Shown here: positions 24,271-38,063 of the stretch, in pieces | Numbering within the stretch: the first letter of the stretch is position 1 | Layout: every line of letters begins with the position of its first letter | From: Octopus sinensis | Lineage: Eukaryota | Assembly (NCBI RefSeq): GCF_006345805.1 | Contig: NC_043003.1 | Coordinates: forward strand, 103,292,001-103,356,000 | Reading direction: 5' to 3' | Length of the DNA: 64,000 nucleotides | Position numbers and translations under genes: made by a program | The notes under the pieces: model-generated | Database searches by the model: none | The model's input: the letters and a program-made list of their open reading frames with translations, nothing else | Told to the model about the DNA's origin: nothing

Positions 24271-24838
24271 TTATCATTAATTAAAATCTTAGGGTAGCAA
24301 GAATATTCATCGAAAATTCTTAGTTACCAGTGGTCTAGCGAGAAAGAAAAAATTAGTCAATAGACTATATATTATTCAAAGAAGAATACAGTGTACGTTC
24401 AAACACAAAAGAGATACCCGAAGAATAGGATATCTGACTCGCTAGAAAGAGCAGTTAAAACTCCAAGCCACCAATTGTTGTAATTCGGAAAGTGATTGAA
24501 AAATAAAAACTTTTACCTTAATCCTAGACCCTGCAAGGTTTCTGCAGACTTAAATACAGACTGAAACAAGATAATTTCAGTCTATATCTGGCGCTGCTTC
24601 TTCAGTAGGTTGCCAAGACTGAATCCATAGACATGGAGCTATAAGTAATCAGCCACGTGTCTATAGGTTCTAATTTTTCGAATTTACCGCGCAGATGCGG
24701 AACTCAACCAGCACTAAATAAATAAATTGTCGATTTTCTTCTAGAATTAGCCAAAAAACATTTTATCATTAATTAAAATCTTAGGGTAGCAAGAATATTC
24801 ATCGAAAAATTCTTCTCGCCAGACCACTAGTAACTAAG
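24271..24838 (-). mobile_element. PLE/retrozyme-like non-coding element: 492-bp unit, ~50-bp direct terminal repeat, inverted terminal piece, hammerhead
   Basis: 24271-24321 repeats at 24763-24814. 24815-24838 is the reverse complement of 24319-24342 (2 mismatches). Contains the hammerhead motif listed next. Confidence 0.65.
24523..24609 (-). ncRNA. Candidate type I hammerhead ribozyme with extended stem II
   Basis: Minus strand: ccta CUGAAGA a gcag [15-bp inner hairpin] cugc a GAAAC cuugcagg GUC uagg. Stem I ccua/uagg, self-complementary stem III, GUC cleavage triplet. There is a non-canonical A/A at the base of stem II. Confidence 0.65.
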
Positions 24839-25537
24839 TTCATAGGACAACTGAATGATCATCGGTGACACGCGCGCGCGCGTGTGGTGTGTGTGTGTGT
24901 GTGTATGTGTGCGCACACGTGTTTGTGTGTGTTTTTGTTTATGTGAGACGTAAATAGAGTTACATCTGAGTATAGAGAACAGACTGACAAACAGACTGAT
25001 ATACGGATAGAGCGACACAAGGGACAGACAGATAAACATAGAGAGAGAGAAAGAGAGACAGACAGACAGATAGATAGATAGATAAGTTTCTTTATTGGCC
25101 ACACAGGGCTGCACACAGATGGGACAAGTTACAAGGTAGAGCTTTTCTTTTGGGGGATGAAACAAAACAAAAAACAAAAGAAACAAAAAAAAGGTGGCGT
25201 AGGTTTTCGATCAAAAGGGATCGTAAAAGGGAAAAAAGAACAAAAAAAGGAAAAGAAAAAAAGAAAAAAGGGAAAAGGAACAAAAGAAAAGAAAAATGAA
25301 AAAAAGAAGAAGAAAAGGAAAAAAGGGGAAGAGGGGAAAATAACGATCAATAGGGATCGTGTATCGCAGTGTCTTGATGTATGGTGTAAAGGGGAAAGCA
25401 AGTAAGGTTTATCCGTGGGAAGAAAAGCCTACGAAAAAGACCACGGTAACCTTGGTCAATATTGTTATATGTTACCACATTTGTTTGCAATTGGGTAACC
25501 CTCTGTTTTCAATTTCTGGGTTCATAGGATTATGCTC

Positions 25538-25602
<65 letters not shown>

Positions 25603-26586
25603 GTAGGTAGATCCGTAGGTAAGTAGGTAGGTAGGTAGATCCGTAGGTAAGTAGGTAGGTAGGTAGAGCCGTAGGTAGGTAGGCAGGCAGGTAGGTAGGT
25701 AGGCAGTTAAACAGATAGATAAGATGTACAAAGAAAAAAACAAGCGGAATCTGTATATATACATTTAAGAAATACACTTTTTGCGTACACAATATCGCAT
25801 ATATCGTATATATGTGTGGTGTGTATGCGTGTGTGTATATATATATATATCATCAATGAATATGAGTGGAGAGAATTGGTCTATTCTATTACATAGGTTT
25901 CTGTAGAATGTTTATTTATTTGTTTAGTAATATATTATACACACACAAAAAGCTACATACACACGATAACATATCTACAAAAATTGTACAGACACACGCA
26001 ATTATACACACACATATGCATACACTTACATATATAAATTCAGCTGTACAAGCATGCCTACACACATACGAACATACAAACATGCATACACACCTCTATA
26101 CATGCATACATACATATTTGTGTTTAAGCTTATATGTGTGTCCAAGTAGATCTGGTCCGTTACCAGAATTAACGTAACCACCCGGCCGTTGATTTGCGTT
26201 TAAAGAGTCAGGTGCCAGTCAATTCATCGTGGTGTCTCTTTAAGTATTACTGGAATAGCACCTCTTCCTTAGTAAGCCATAAAATTAAAACATTTTAAAA
26301 TGTATACGTAATCCATACCATAAGAGATTTATTGAAGTGACTATTGCCCGAAATGTGAAACCTCTGCAGAATATAAATAATAATAATAATAATAATATAA
26401 TAATAATAATAATGCATGTGCCTAATGTACCCTTATCAGACGGGTAGTCATGAAGGGTATACTGGGCTTCGTATATTTTACCCCGGTGTCACTTTGATGG
26501 TATGTACTGCTCTCTTACTCAATAATAATAATTATTATAATAGTAATAATAGTAATAATAATAATTATAATAATAATTATAATAAT

Positions 26587-26765
26587 CCTTTCTAATATAG
26601 GCACAAGGCCTAAAATTTGGGGGCGGGGTATAATCGATTACATTGACCCCAGTGCTTCATAGGTACTTAATTTCTCGACCCCGTATGAACTCAGAACGTA
26701 GCGACGGGCGAAATACCACTATGCATTTCGTCCAGCATGCAAACGATTCTACCAGCTCGCCGCCT
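26587..26765 (-). mobile_element. SINE family B, tail ii, internally deleted, flanked by (AAT)n on both sides
   Basis: cctttctaatataggcacaagg...ccagctcgccgcc. Confidence 0.75.
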
Positions 26766-26994
26766 AATAATAATAATAGATGCTAATAATAATAAATGAT
26801 GAAGATGATCATTTGTTACACATAAAATGACGTAGATAAAGTTGGTTAAATTGTTTCTAATACTGCGCTACTATGGAAGGAGGACAAAAGATAAAAGTTA
26901 ACTTTGGTGGGATGTGAATTTAGTATGAAAGGGACGTCCATCAATCAGATGTCCTATTATGCGTCCACATTCTTATCATATATATACATATATG

Positions 26995-27035
<41 letters not shown>

Positions 27036-27134
27036 CGTATATATATATATATATCACGTTTATTAATTCGTTTTGCAAGATATTTGGCAAAAGTCAGTCA
27101 GTTTGGCAAAAAGAAAAAATGACCATCCAGAAAT

Positions 27135-27187
<53 letters not shown>

Positions 27188-27706
27188 AATATATATATTA
27201 TATATATTATATATATAATTAATTGTATGTGTATATGTTTTTATACAGGTGTGTAAAATTATGTTAGTACGTTTGAGTGTAGTCAAATGTGGAAATATGA
27301 ACAATGTGTGAAAGACACAAAAATGGATTATGAATGACATCATAGCACCGTAAGGCGCGTGTTTCTGCGTCATTACGCTTCGTCAGCTGTGGACCTGTGG
27401 CTGATGAACGTGCTAAACATCATTGTACTCACCCATATTTTATTCATCACTGTTTAGTATGCCTCTAGTTAATTAGTCATGTGTGTGTGTGAGAGGGGGA
27501 GAGAGGGAGAGAGAAATATGTATACTTACACGTATACTTATTTACATTCATACATGCATATATATATATATATATATAGTTAATCCAAACATGAAAGCAC
27601 AAAAAAACACAACAACGCGAGGACGTGGAACAAATATAGTAATTATAGTATTATTATAGTATTATATATATGTGTGTGTGTGTCTGTGTGTGTATGTGTA
27701 TGTGTG

Positions 27707-27746
<40 letters not shown>

Positions 27747-28171
27747 GAGCTTGGTTTCAGTTCATATTCGTTTATTTACCACATTCTACTTCCTTATAAA
27801 TTGACGTTGAGTACTTTTATAAAATGAATGAATGTGTGTGTGTGTGTGTGCGTGTGTGTGTGTGTGTGTGTGTTTGTGTGTGTGTGTGCGTGCGTGTAAA
27901 TTCGCGCCATCGCTACAGAGTGTCAGAATCATATACATTTCCTTTAAAGAATCGCATGAACATTCTTCGCTTCTGTAACGACTAAAGCTCGGAGTATCCA
28001 TGTATGAATGGACTGCTTTCCCTATTTTCCACCATAGACATATCAGTGCAAGCACTATATATATATATATATATATATATAAACAAAAAGATAGAGCGAT
28101 ACATACATGTGTGAGTGCGTGTCTGTGTGCACTCACGTGTACGTAGACTCTTTTCATATGTATATATGTAT

Positions 28172-28238
<67 letters not shown>

Positions 28239-28304
28239 TACTCACACACAAACACACATACCTATAAATATGTATATATACGTATGTATTGTATATTATA
28301 TATA

Positions 28305-28343
<39 letters not shown>

Positions 28344-28384
28344 GTATATAATATATATACGTGCATACATACATACATATATAA

Positions 28385-28484
28385 NNNNNNNNNNNNNNNN
28401 NNNNNNNNNNNNNNNNNNNNNNNNNNNNNNNNNNNNNNNNNNNNNNNNNNNNNNNNNNNNNNNNNNNNNNNNNNNNNNNNNNNN
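28385..28484. other. Assembly gap (~100 N)
   Basis: Run of N. True size and contiguity unknown. Confidence 0.95.
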
Positions 28485-28844
28485 GCTTCTATCCAACGAA
28501 AGGCCATATATGAAACATACTTTCACTCTATAAACTTTTTCCTTCTTTGAACTTCAACATGTTAACTGTAAACGTCCTATGGATTTTTATTGCTTTTGTA
28601 TTTGATTGGCTTTATATATATATATATATATATATATCATTACAGATATAGGGTGAAAGATAATTAATTTAATAAAATCAACAAATTTCACCTAGTAGCA
28701 TTTCGGTATGGAAAAAGACCATATTCGGTAAAAACTTATACAAAACGTTTTTATATATATAAATATAACAATAAGGGTTTAGCAACAAGTTGCTTAACCA
28801 CATACCGAAAACAAGTTGCTTAACCACATACCGAAAACACTAAT

Positions 28845-29606
28845 GGCGTTTTCTAATTTTCTTATTTCTCATTTTCCCGATGGCCGATCGCTCGACTGTT
28901 CAGGAGCGAACTAAGATAGCAGCACGCTATGAAGTGTGGAATTTCATTGCTTTGGTTCAGAGATAGTGGGCGTGCATGGAAAGGGAAACATGCAACACTA
29001 CGCCAGGGGACAATGAAAAGTTGTCATGCAAAGCTGATGACCACGGGCTCTGTGAACGATGCAAGAACTGGCCGTCCAACCACATCCCGATCAGCGGAGA
29101 ACGTGGCAACAATGCAGGAAATGTTTAATCGCAGCCTTCAAAAGTCGACACGTCAAGCCGCTCGTGAAAGTGGACTAACAAGACACACAATACGTACGGT
29201 GTTGCATCTATTTTCGTCCATGGAAACCATCATTCCATGCAGGAGCTAAAACCTGAAGAATGTGACTGCAAAACTCTAAGAAGTCTAGATCTCACTTCAT
29301 GTGACTTTTATCTGTGGGGTTACACAAAAGAGAAGGTATACAAGACAAAACCTCGCACACTGGAGGACTTGGAGACACAGATTCAGGAGATTCTCAATGA
29401 TATCCCAGACAACGTCCTTCAGAAGTTGTTCATTCTATCCCTGGCCCTTTGAGGAAACTGGCTGACCCCACCGGTGCAATAGGAAGATTTACTTTCATTT
29501 TCCCAAATAATAAAGAACATGTTTCATTTGTTTCAATAAATTTGTAAAAGGAATATGGATTTTATAACCAATTTTTAATGCCTACTTACTTTTCACCCAC
29601 CCTGTC
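28845..29606 (+). mobile_element. Tc1/mariner-superfamily fossil (DUF4817-type N-terminus inferred), DDE core mostly deleted
   Basis: MADRSTVQERTKIAARYE (ATG 28880); TGSVNDARTGRPTTSRSAENV..STRQAARESGL; RSLDLTSCDFYLWGYTKEKVYKTKPRTLEDL. Right-end TIR-like cttttcacccaccctg at ~29604; left TIR not found. Confidence 0.85.
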
Positions 29607-30208
29607 TATATAGAAAAGGTTGACAGTGACTTCGAAGTTCTAGCTTACTTGCCGTCATAAGAGAGACTAATTACAAGTAAGCCAAATCTTTCCTAATCTA
29701 CTGAAAAGTATTGAGTGCTTCATTTTAGTGTTCGGCTATTTTACATATCTTTCCATGAAAACAAGCATTAACAGATAGACTAACATTACGCACACACACA
29801 TACATATTGATAAAAAAAAATACACAGACAGACAGACAGACAGGCAGTCGGATGGGCGGAGAGGCCAGCAGACGGACAGACAGGCAGACAGACAGGCAGA
29901 CAGACAGATAGATATACTAACTATATTTTAGAATCGAGACAATGTACAAATGCATCATCGCAGACTGTTTCATTTGTTACAATATTCTAAACAAAGGAGT
30001 TAATAACGTGTGCATACAATTATACATCCATATATAAATGTAAACAACAGAATTTATATCAGTATATATATAATTAAATATCTATTAAAACTACTTCAGA
30101 CATTGTCAAACGTCTGGAGTAGTTTTGTTAGATATCAGATTTAATATCTATTGATACAGACTGTATTGTTTCCAATTTATTTAAATATATAATTGTACAC
30201 ACACACAC

Positions 30209-30239
<31 letters not shown>

Positions 30240-30242
30240 TAT

Positions 30243-30289
<47 letters not shown>

Positions 30290-30938
30290 ATACGTATACA
30301 CACATACACACATCTGAGTGCACAGGTGCAATACAAGTGAAGAAAATACTACTCGAATACCAAAGGTAGAGCTAAATATTGTGTTTTATTGAAGTTAAAA
30401 ATCTTAAAATATTACTCCAAGTTTCACGTATCCAACAAGTTTGGATGGATGGATGGATGGATGGATGGATGGATGGATGGAGAGAGGGAGGGAGGGTGGG
30501 TTAGAGATAGAAAGAGATACAGATAGACTCCTACATCGTTACACACCCACACACTTCATTATTGTAATGCATTGTCTCAATTCTTGCTGCCACGAAAGCT
30601 ATTGATAGTAAGCTAATATTGTGTCCAAATCTATTCGAGATATGTCACCTCTTCGCTTAGCCTCACAAACACTATAAGCCCTTTGAAAGCGTTCTCTTCT
30701 GGTAAGGTTTATTATCTTATGTACGTACTTATGTCTATAATTTGCATGAATGCGTATGCCTGATATAATAATTTATGCAATGGAATTAGATAAATGTGTT
30801 TATAAATATGCTGCCATGTGTATATGAACGATCTGTATAAAGAAACCAAAGCAATGATCTAAGTTGAAATTTGTTTTTCAACAATGAATATATCTTTGTT
30901 ATAACTACATGCACACACACATCTATATATATGTATAT

Positions 30939-30970
<32 letters not shown>

Positions 30971-30972
30971 TG

Positions 30973-31045
<73 letters not shown>

Positions 31046-31334
31046 ATACATACACACATACACATAAAGCTATAACGTCAGCGTTATATTTACTTAAAGA
31101 AAAAGCTAAACATTTATATCAAAAACAACATGCATAATTATAACAATATCGATTCGCAAACCGATAGACATGGCAACAGGGGTGTTTGTAAATACAACAT
31201 CAACAGCAACAACAACACCAGCAGTAGTAACAGCAACAACAGCAGATACAACAACCTCTTTATAACTGCTGCAAATCAACAATAACAACAGTTGCATAAA
31301 GGAGAAAACGTTTTCCTAGAATAACGACTTAAAA

Positions 31335-31414
<80 letters not shown>

Positions 31415-32117
31415 ATGTATGTATGTATGTGTGTACGTACGTGCATGTATGTATCAATTGTATCAATGTACTTACATACATATATACAAACACATACGCA
31501 TAGCTATACATACAGAGAACACACATGCATAAATACATACACACACGCATATGTATGTATATGTGTGTGTGTGCGTATATTATATAGATACACACACATA
31601 CGCACGCATATATTATACAGATATACACACACATATACATATATACCAGCATACATATATACATACATAAATATACATACATACATGTATACAAACATAG
31701 AAATCGGATAAGCACAAAAGGTAAATAAACTGAAGAGCAACTGGTTTCTTTTTTCATTTTTGTTATTTATTTTTTAATAAATATACATCTATACATGCTG
31801 TAAAAAGTATATACATTGCCTAAATTACATCCTTTTCTCCCGATGGTCTAAAAATGTGATCAACGTTGTTGGTTTCAGTTCTTGTTAATGTTTCATCAGA
31901 GATCAGCGATACGTTCTGGTTACAAAGAGAGTAGCAGCATGCTGAAATTTATAGCTACAAGCACAAACTCGATGTTGGTGAGGCGAATTATCTTTTATGC
32001 TCCTCATGACACAATTAATGCTTCCAACTACATATGTTTGTGTGTATTCATACATGTGAGACTTACGTATCAAGCTAGTGAGAAGGGAAGACAATGTTTT
32101 GTTATTGGTCTGACAGA

Positions 32118-32501
32118 TGGAAGCACTCCGTCGGTTACGACGACGAGGGTTCCGGTTGATCCGAATCAACGGAACAACCTGCTCGTGAAATTAACGTGTA
32201 AGTGGCTGAGCACTCCACATACACGTGTACCCTTAACGTAGTTCTCGGGATATTCAGCGTGACACAGAGAGAGACAAGGCCGGCCCTTTGAAATACAGGT
32301 ACAACAGAAACAGGAAGTAAGAGTGAGAGAAAGTTGTGGTGAAAGAGTACAGCAGGGATCACCACCATCCCCTGCCGGAGGCTCGTGGAGCTTTAGGTGT
32401 TTTCGCTCAATAAACACTCACAACGCCCGGTCTGGGAATCGAAAGCGCGATCCTATGACCGCGAGTCCGCTGCCCTAACCACTGGGCCATTGCGCCTCCA
32501 C
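32118..32501 (-). mobile_element. Full-length SINE family A, long-tail form, with 11-bp TSD
   Basis: TSD ggtctgacaga at 32107-32117 and 32502-32512. Reverse-complement homolog of 41368-41756. Confidence 0.9.
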
Positions 32502-33485
32502 GGTCTGACAGAAGCGTATGACCAAATGACAAATTTTTAGAGCTTTTATATAGCCATTCTCGAAGTACTTGCTTCATGTCTGGAGTGATGACAAATGCAC
32601 CTGGTTTTGTGCCCGTGGATAACAGAGGATCAAGGGACTCAAACATTCAGTCGCCCCGTTTCTTTTCCCCTCCATAGAACGGCATTTCCCACCTGGCCTC
32701 TAAACAGTGCATAATTTATATATGAGTTTTCGATTAAATAATGAGAGGCAAATTAGCATTGTGTATATCACAAGAAAGTCCCGCTGCACTACACTCTAAC
32801 ATCGATTAATAGCGTATGCTGGTTGAATGATAGACAGGGGTAACATCGAATAGGAAAGAATATTTGTAAATTGTTGCTTTTTTCTGGGGAAACTCTGAGT
32901 CTGTCTCAGAAAAGTCTGTATGTTTTTTTCTTCTTCTTACTTCTTCAAAATATTAGCAACACACACAGACACAAAGACAGACACACAAACACACACACAC
33001 AAACACGCGATAATGGAAGAAGTTGGGGGTTGTCATTGACGTAATAATGATGATGGTGGCAATGGTATTGACGGTGATCGTGGAAGAGATGATACTGATT
33101 GTAGCGATGATGATGATGAAGAGCAGCAATGGCGGAGGTGGTAGTGATGTTGGTGGTAGTGGTAATGTGGTGGTAACGAAGACGGTAATTTCTGGCGGCG
33201 GCGGCGGCGGCGACGTTAGAAAATTAACAACACTTCAAAAGAAATTCTTTAATATTTCTTTAAGTTTTTGAAAGTTTTGGCAACATTTTGAAGGGTTAGT
33301 CTGAAAAGTGATGATGGGATGTTGTGGTTGCTAGAGAGACCCGGCAAAGGGGCGGCAGGTTTGGGCAGGGTACGGTTTATGATGTAGAGGTTAGGTGAAA
33401 TTATTTACTGACAGATAAATAGCAAAGGTGTGGTATTTCATCAGTAAACACTAACATGTGTGGTTGGCTACTTATATATATATAA

Positions 33486-33525
<40 letters not shown>

Positions 33526-33579
33526 GTGCGTGTGTGTGTGTGTATCATATATGATTATATATGCAATATACATAATATG

Positions 33580-33636
<57 letters not shown>

Positions 33637-33648
33637 ATATCGATCTTT

Positions 33649-33692
<44 letters not shown>

Positions 33693-33799
33693 CAAACAGA
33701 CAGACACTGAAGGGCACACATCATGTATTAATTAAAAATACATAACTAACAAACTATTGCCGTCTCTAGAATCTGGTGCACTCACTCGCACTTCATATA

Positions 33800-33839
<40 letters not shown>

Positions 33840-33915
33840 TGTGTATGTGTGTGTGTATGAGTAAGGTGTGTATGTGCGAAGTCTAATTTTGCTTATATGC
33901 ATCATTACCTCTATC

Positions 33916-33972
<57 letters not shown>

Positions 33973-34001
33973 GTCTATATGTATATATATATATGTGTGT
34001 G

Positions 34002-34265
34002 TGGAGGCGCACTGGCCCAGTGGCTAGGGCAGTGGACTCGCGGTCGTAGGATCGCGGTTTCGTTTCCCAGACCAGGCGTTGTGAGTGTTTATTGATTGAA
34101 AACACCTAAAGCTCCACGAGGCTCCGGCAGGAGGTGGTGGCGATCCCTGCTGTACTCTATCGCCGCAACTTTCTCTCACTCTTTCTTCTGTTGGCCTGCT
34201 CGCTTAGCCAGCAGGGTGGCGTCATTTGAAGGCTAAAACAATGCGAAGCGCATTGTGACCAGCGA
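34002..34265 (+). mobile_element. SINE family A, short-tail form
   Basis: tggaggcgcactggcccagtggctagggcagtggactcgcgg... to gcattgtgaccagcgat. The 3' end is locally duplicated. Confidence 0.85.
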
Positions 34266-34825
34266 TATATATATATCATTGTGACCAGCGGTGATATATA
34301 TATCAAGGCCGAAACATATAAAAGTATAAAAGAATAAAAGAATATATATTATTCGTATATTCGTGTATGTATTGAACTCTGTCCTTTCATATTTTTACAC
34401 GGAAAACTATGCAGATGGAGAGACATGGATACTTGAGTTGGCTCAAATCAACTCCTGGTACTTATATGATGAGCTTGGATTGACTCTTTTTTTATACGCC
34501 AATATAAAACATTCGTTACTCTGCAAGTTCAGCGTTATGCCCTCCCTCCTCGCTAATGGAACGTATTTTTTTTTGTTGTACTTCTTGTTTGTTTAGTATG
34601 TTTTTTATTTGATAGTTGATACCTAAACATTTGTAGGGTTCCCAAAACTGTGTTATTAATAGAATAACAAGCATTTTTACATTCTATTACATGAAAAAAG
34701 AACAAGATGGTTAACATCTTCAGTTTTGTAAAGAAATTTCACGGTAAGTTTCAAATCTACGGGAGATTATAGTAACTGATCTCACTCGACCGCAGTTGCA
34801 ACCATTTTAATACAAACCGGTCTGT

Positions 34826-34889
<64 letters not shown>

Positions 34890-35163
34890 CTATAATATAA
34901 AACTTCCTCTTTTAAAGTGATTTAGTAAAATAGCTCATCATTATGCAGGTGTTTAAGTTTTAAACAACACCTTTATAATGAGTTATTTTGCGAAATCCTT
35001 CTTTTATTTCAAAGTTAATTAAAATAATTGCTGTGTACTTCTGTTAAAATGCACTGGACTCTCCCCGCAAAATTTCAGGGCTATAGTAGAAAGAATTGCT
35101 GTTGGTGTTGTTCCTCACCCATCAGATAAACAATTTCATATATTTCATTCTCTTTTTTAACAG

Positions 35164-35217
35164 ACGACGGTCCCAGGTTATGACGATGATGTAATCCCAC
35201 CCGCAACGTCTGCCCAG
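35164..35217 (+). CDS. Internal 54-nt coding exon (TTVPGYDDDVIPPATSAQ) of the host gene
   Basis: tttcattctcttttttaacAG acceptor and CAG|GTAAGG donor. Length is a multiple of 3. Only the phase-0 frame is open (the other two contain stops), matching exon 1. Confidence 0.7.
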
Positions 35218-35706
35218 GTAAGGATTTTTAAAATCTTCTTATGACAATGTTACTCGAAGTTTCCTACGCAGAAATGATTTAAGTATTCGTCAAACAATTT
35301 ACTTCCTCAAAATAAACTGAGTGAACGAACACGCGCGTGTATGTGTTATATAGATTTTATAGAGGACGATCAAGGTAATATGAGAAGGATTTTGTAACTG
35401 GTTTTCGAATTTTAAACATTTAAGCGGTCACTTGGTTTAATATCACTGGCCAACCATCCGGTACCTTCAGGCGCACCACTTGTTTCAAGCATTTCATGTA
35501 AGTCACTAGCCTTAGAATAACACCGTCTGTACTTCCCACTTGTCTACGAGATCATCAACTACTTCTTCATCTTGAAGATAAGACTGAGAATTGGTGGAAA
35601 TAAGAATGAAATCATTTCGAAGTGAGCATAAAAACCAAATGAGAAAATATTAAATATCTTTAAAATAAAAAAAAGCAGGAACACTGCAGTTATGTGCGCA
35701 TGCGCT

Positions 35707-35759
<53 letters not shown>

Positions 35760-35854
35760 ATAAACATATGCATATATGCATATGTTTATCTATACACATA
35801 TACATGGACACACACCACACACACACATATATATGAATATACATAGCCATGTTT

Positions 35855-35898
<44 letters not shown>

Positions 35899-36117
35899 GT
35901 CACTTAGCGGTTCGGCAAAAGTGACCGATAGAATAAGTACTGGGCTTACAAAAGAATAAGTCCCGGGGTCGAGTTGCTCGATTAAAGGCAGTGCTCCAGC
36001 ATGGCCGCAGTCAAAATGACTGAAACAAGTAAAAGAGAGATACATATGGATATGTATATTACATATGTATGCACATATATACGTATACATAAATATTACA
36101 CAGACAGACAGACAGGC

Positions 36118-36198
<81 letters not shown>

Positions 36199-36281
36199 TG
36201 CAAACCTATATATGCATACATACACATATGCATCCTAATTACTTGTATCGCTTGTTTTTTTTATTATTTCTCTATGCTCTG

Positions 36282-36331
<50 letters not shown>

Positions 36332-36662
36332 TGGTGTGTGTGTGTTGTGTGTTCGTTTGTGTGTGAGTGAGTGAGTGTGTGAGTCATTCAAAATATCTAA
36401 TTAATCATGTTTTGTTGTAGTGAATCATTTAACATGTTAATTGCGTAGAATGTGTGGAGGGTGTGTGGAGGGTGTGTCGTATCTGTGGAAGCATTGTTGA
36501 TAGCATATGGCATTCTCTACTCAAAATATTGTGCATCTTCATATAATGCTACGCGCAGGCGCATTCACATGCCCAAACATACATGAACAGTCTTGGTCAG
36601 TTTTTATCCTAAAGGGTTTCTAAACCCAATATTCACATGCTATTATTTATAGCTTTATATAA

Positions 36663-36895
36663 AAGGCGGCGAACTGGCAGAAACGTTAGCAAGCCGGGTA
36701 AAATATTTTGCGGTATTTCGCCTGCCGTTACGTTCTGAGTTCAAATTCCGCCGAGGTCGACTTTGCCTTTCATCCTTTCGGGGTCGATAAATTAAGTACC
36801 AGTTACGCACTGGGGTCGATTTAATCGACTTAATCCCTCTGTCTGTCTTTGTTTGTCCCCTCTATGTTTAGCCCCTTGTGGGCAGTAAAGAAACA
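36663..36895 (+). mobile_element. SINE family B, tail i
   Basis: aaggcggcgaactggcagaaacg...gggcagtaaagaaac. Confidence 0.85.
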
Positions 36896-37239
36896 TATAT
36901 ATAGACATACATACATACACACATACGACGGGCTTCATTCAGTTTCCGTTTCACAAGGCTTTGGTCGGCCCAATGCTATACTAAACGCTAGCCTATCGTA
37001 CCACGCAGTTGGACTGAAGCCCGAACTATGTAGTTGTGAACGAATTTTCTTACCACACATTAAATGTCAATGTGCGTGTTTGTTTGTTTATATGCACATG
37101 GAACTTGACGAGTATAGATAAGGGAAGGCCCTAGGTCAAATAAGTGCTCAATATACAATTAAGTAGAGTGGGGGACATTGATTTGTAGTAAATGACCTTA
37201 CGGAAGCTCATCCGTAGGGTTCTTTTGCTACTAAGATAT

Positions 37240-37320
37240 ATGTATGTATGTATGTATGTATGTATTTATGCGTGTATGTATGTATGCATGTATGTATGTA
37301 TATGTATGTATGTATGTATG

Positions 37321-37352
<32 letters not shown>

Positions 37353-37384
37353 TGTATGTATGTATATGTATGTATGTATGTATG

Positions 37385-37416
<32 letters not shown>

Positions 37417-37580
37417 TGTATGTATGTATGTATGTATGTATATGTATGTATGTATGTATATGTATGTATGTATGTATATATTTATGTGTGTATGTATGTA
37501 TGTATGTATGAGTAGATGTATGTATGTATGTATGTATTTATGTATATGTATGTATGTATTTATGTGTGTATGTATGTATG
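37240..37580. repeat. Long (TATG)n tract (similar tract at 42265-42420)
   Basis: Directly visible. Confidence 0.95.
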
Positions 37581-37720
37581 AATGAGGGATGAATTGATGG
37601 ATAGACAGACAGACAGACAGGCAGACCGACGGACACATACATACATACATACATATAGGTATATATGTGTGTTTGTAATTGAAGAATGCTTTTTTTATAA
37701 ATACGCAACTGTAGCATTAA

Positions 37721-38063
37721 CTTAAGAAAGGATTCAACACAAATTCAGTATCAAATATCGTGGTTAACATTGTTGGCAGTAACTTCAAAGTTTCACCAGT
37801 ATTTGACATTTTCTCACGACGCCAAGTAGAAGAGTCCAGTGTGCTGGACATTGTTGTAGAGCTGAAAACGAGGTAATTTCTACTCTTCTCCACTGGAAGC
37901 CATCTGCTCGCGATACCAGAAGGCGCACACTCTCCTACCCAGATGTAATCTCCAGGGATACAGGCATCCAGCAACAGGACCTCCGTAATGCTATGATGGA
38001 CCGTGAAGTCTGGCGTAACATAGTAAATTCCATTGTCTCGACCACGGTCGAACAATGATGATC
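37721..38063 (+). mobile_element. RTE (BovB-like) LINE 3' end
   Basis: AGHCCRAENEVISTLLHWKPSARDTRRRTLSYPDVISRDTGIQQQDLRNAMMDREVWRNIVNSIVSTTVEQ* followed by a short TGA tail. Confidence 0.8.

Larger units (their letters stand above)
8815..35163 (+). other. Predicted ~26.3-kb phase-0 intron (contains an assembly gap)
   Basis: GT donor at 8815 and polypyrimidine-AG acceptor at 35162-35163. Frames are compatible. Intervening exons cannot be excluded. Confidence 0.45.

Noticed and set aside
28636-28670. Left TIR of the 28845-29606 Tc1/mariner element
   Set aside because: Only gggtgaaa matches. The segment appears to belong to a different AT-rich repeat.
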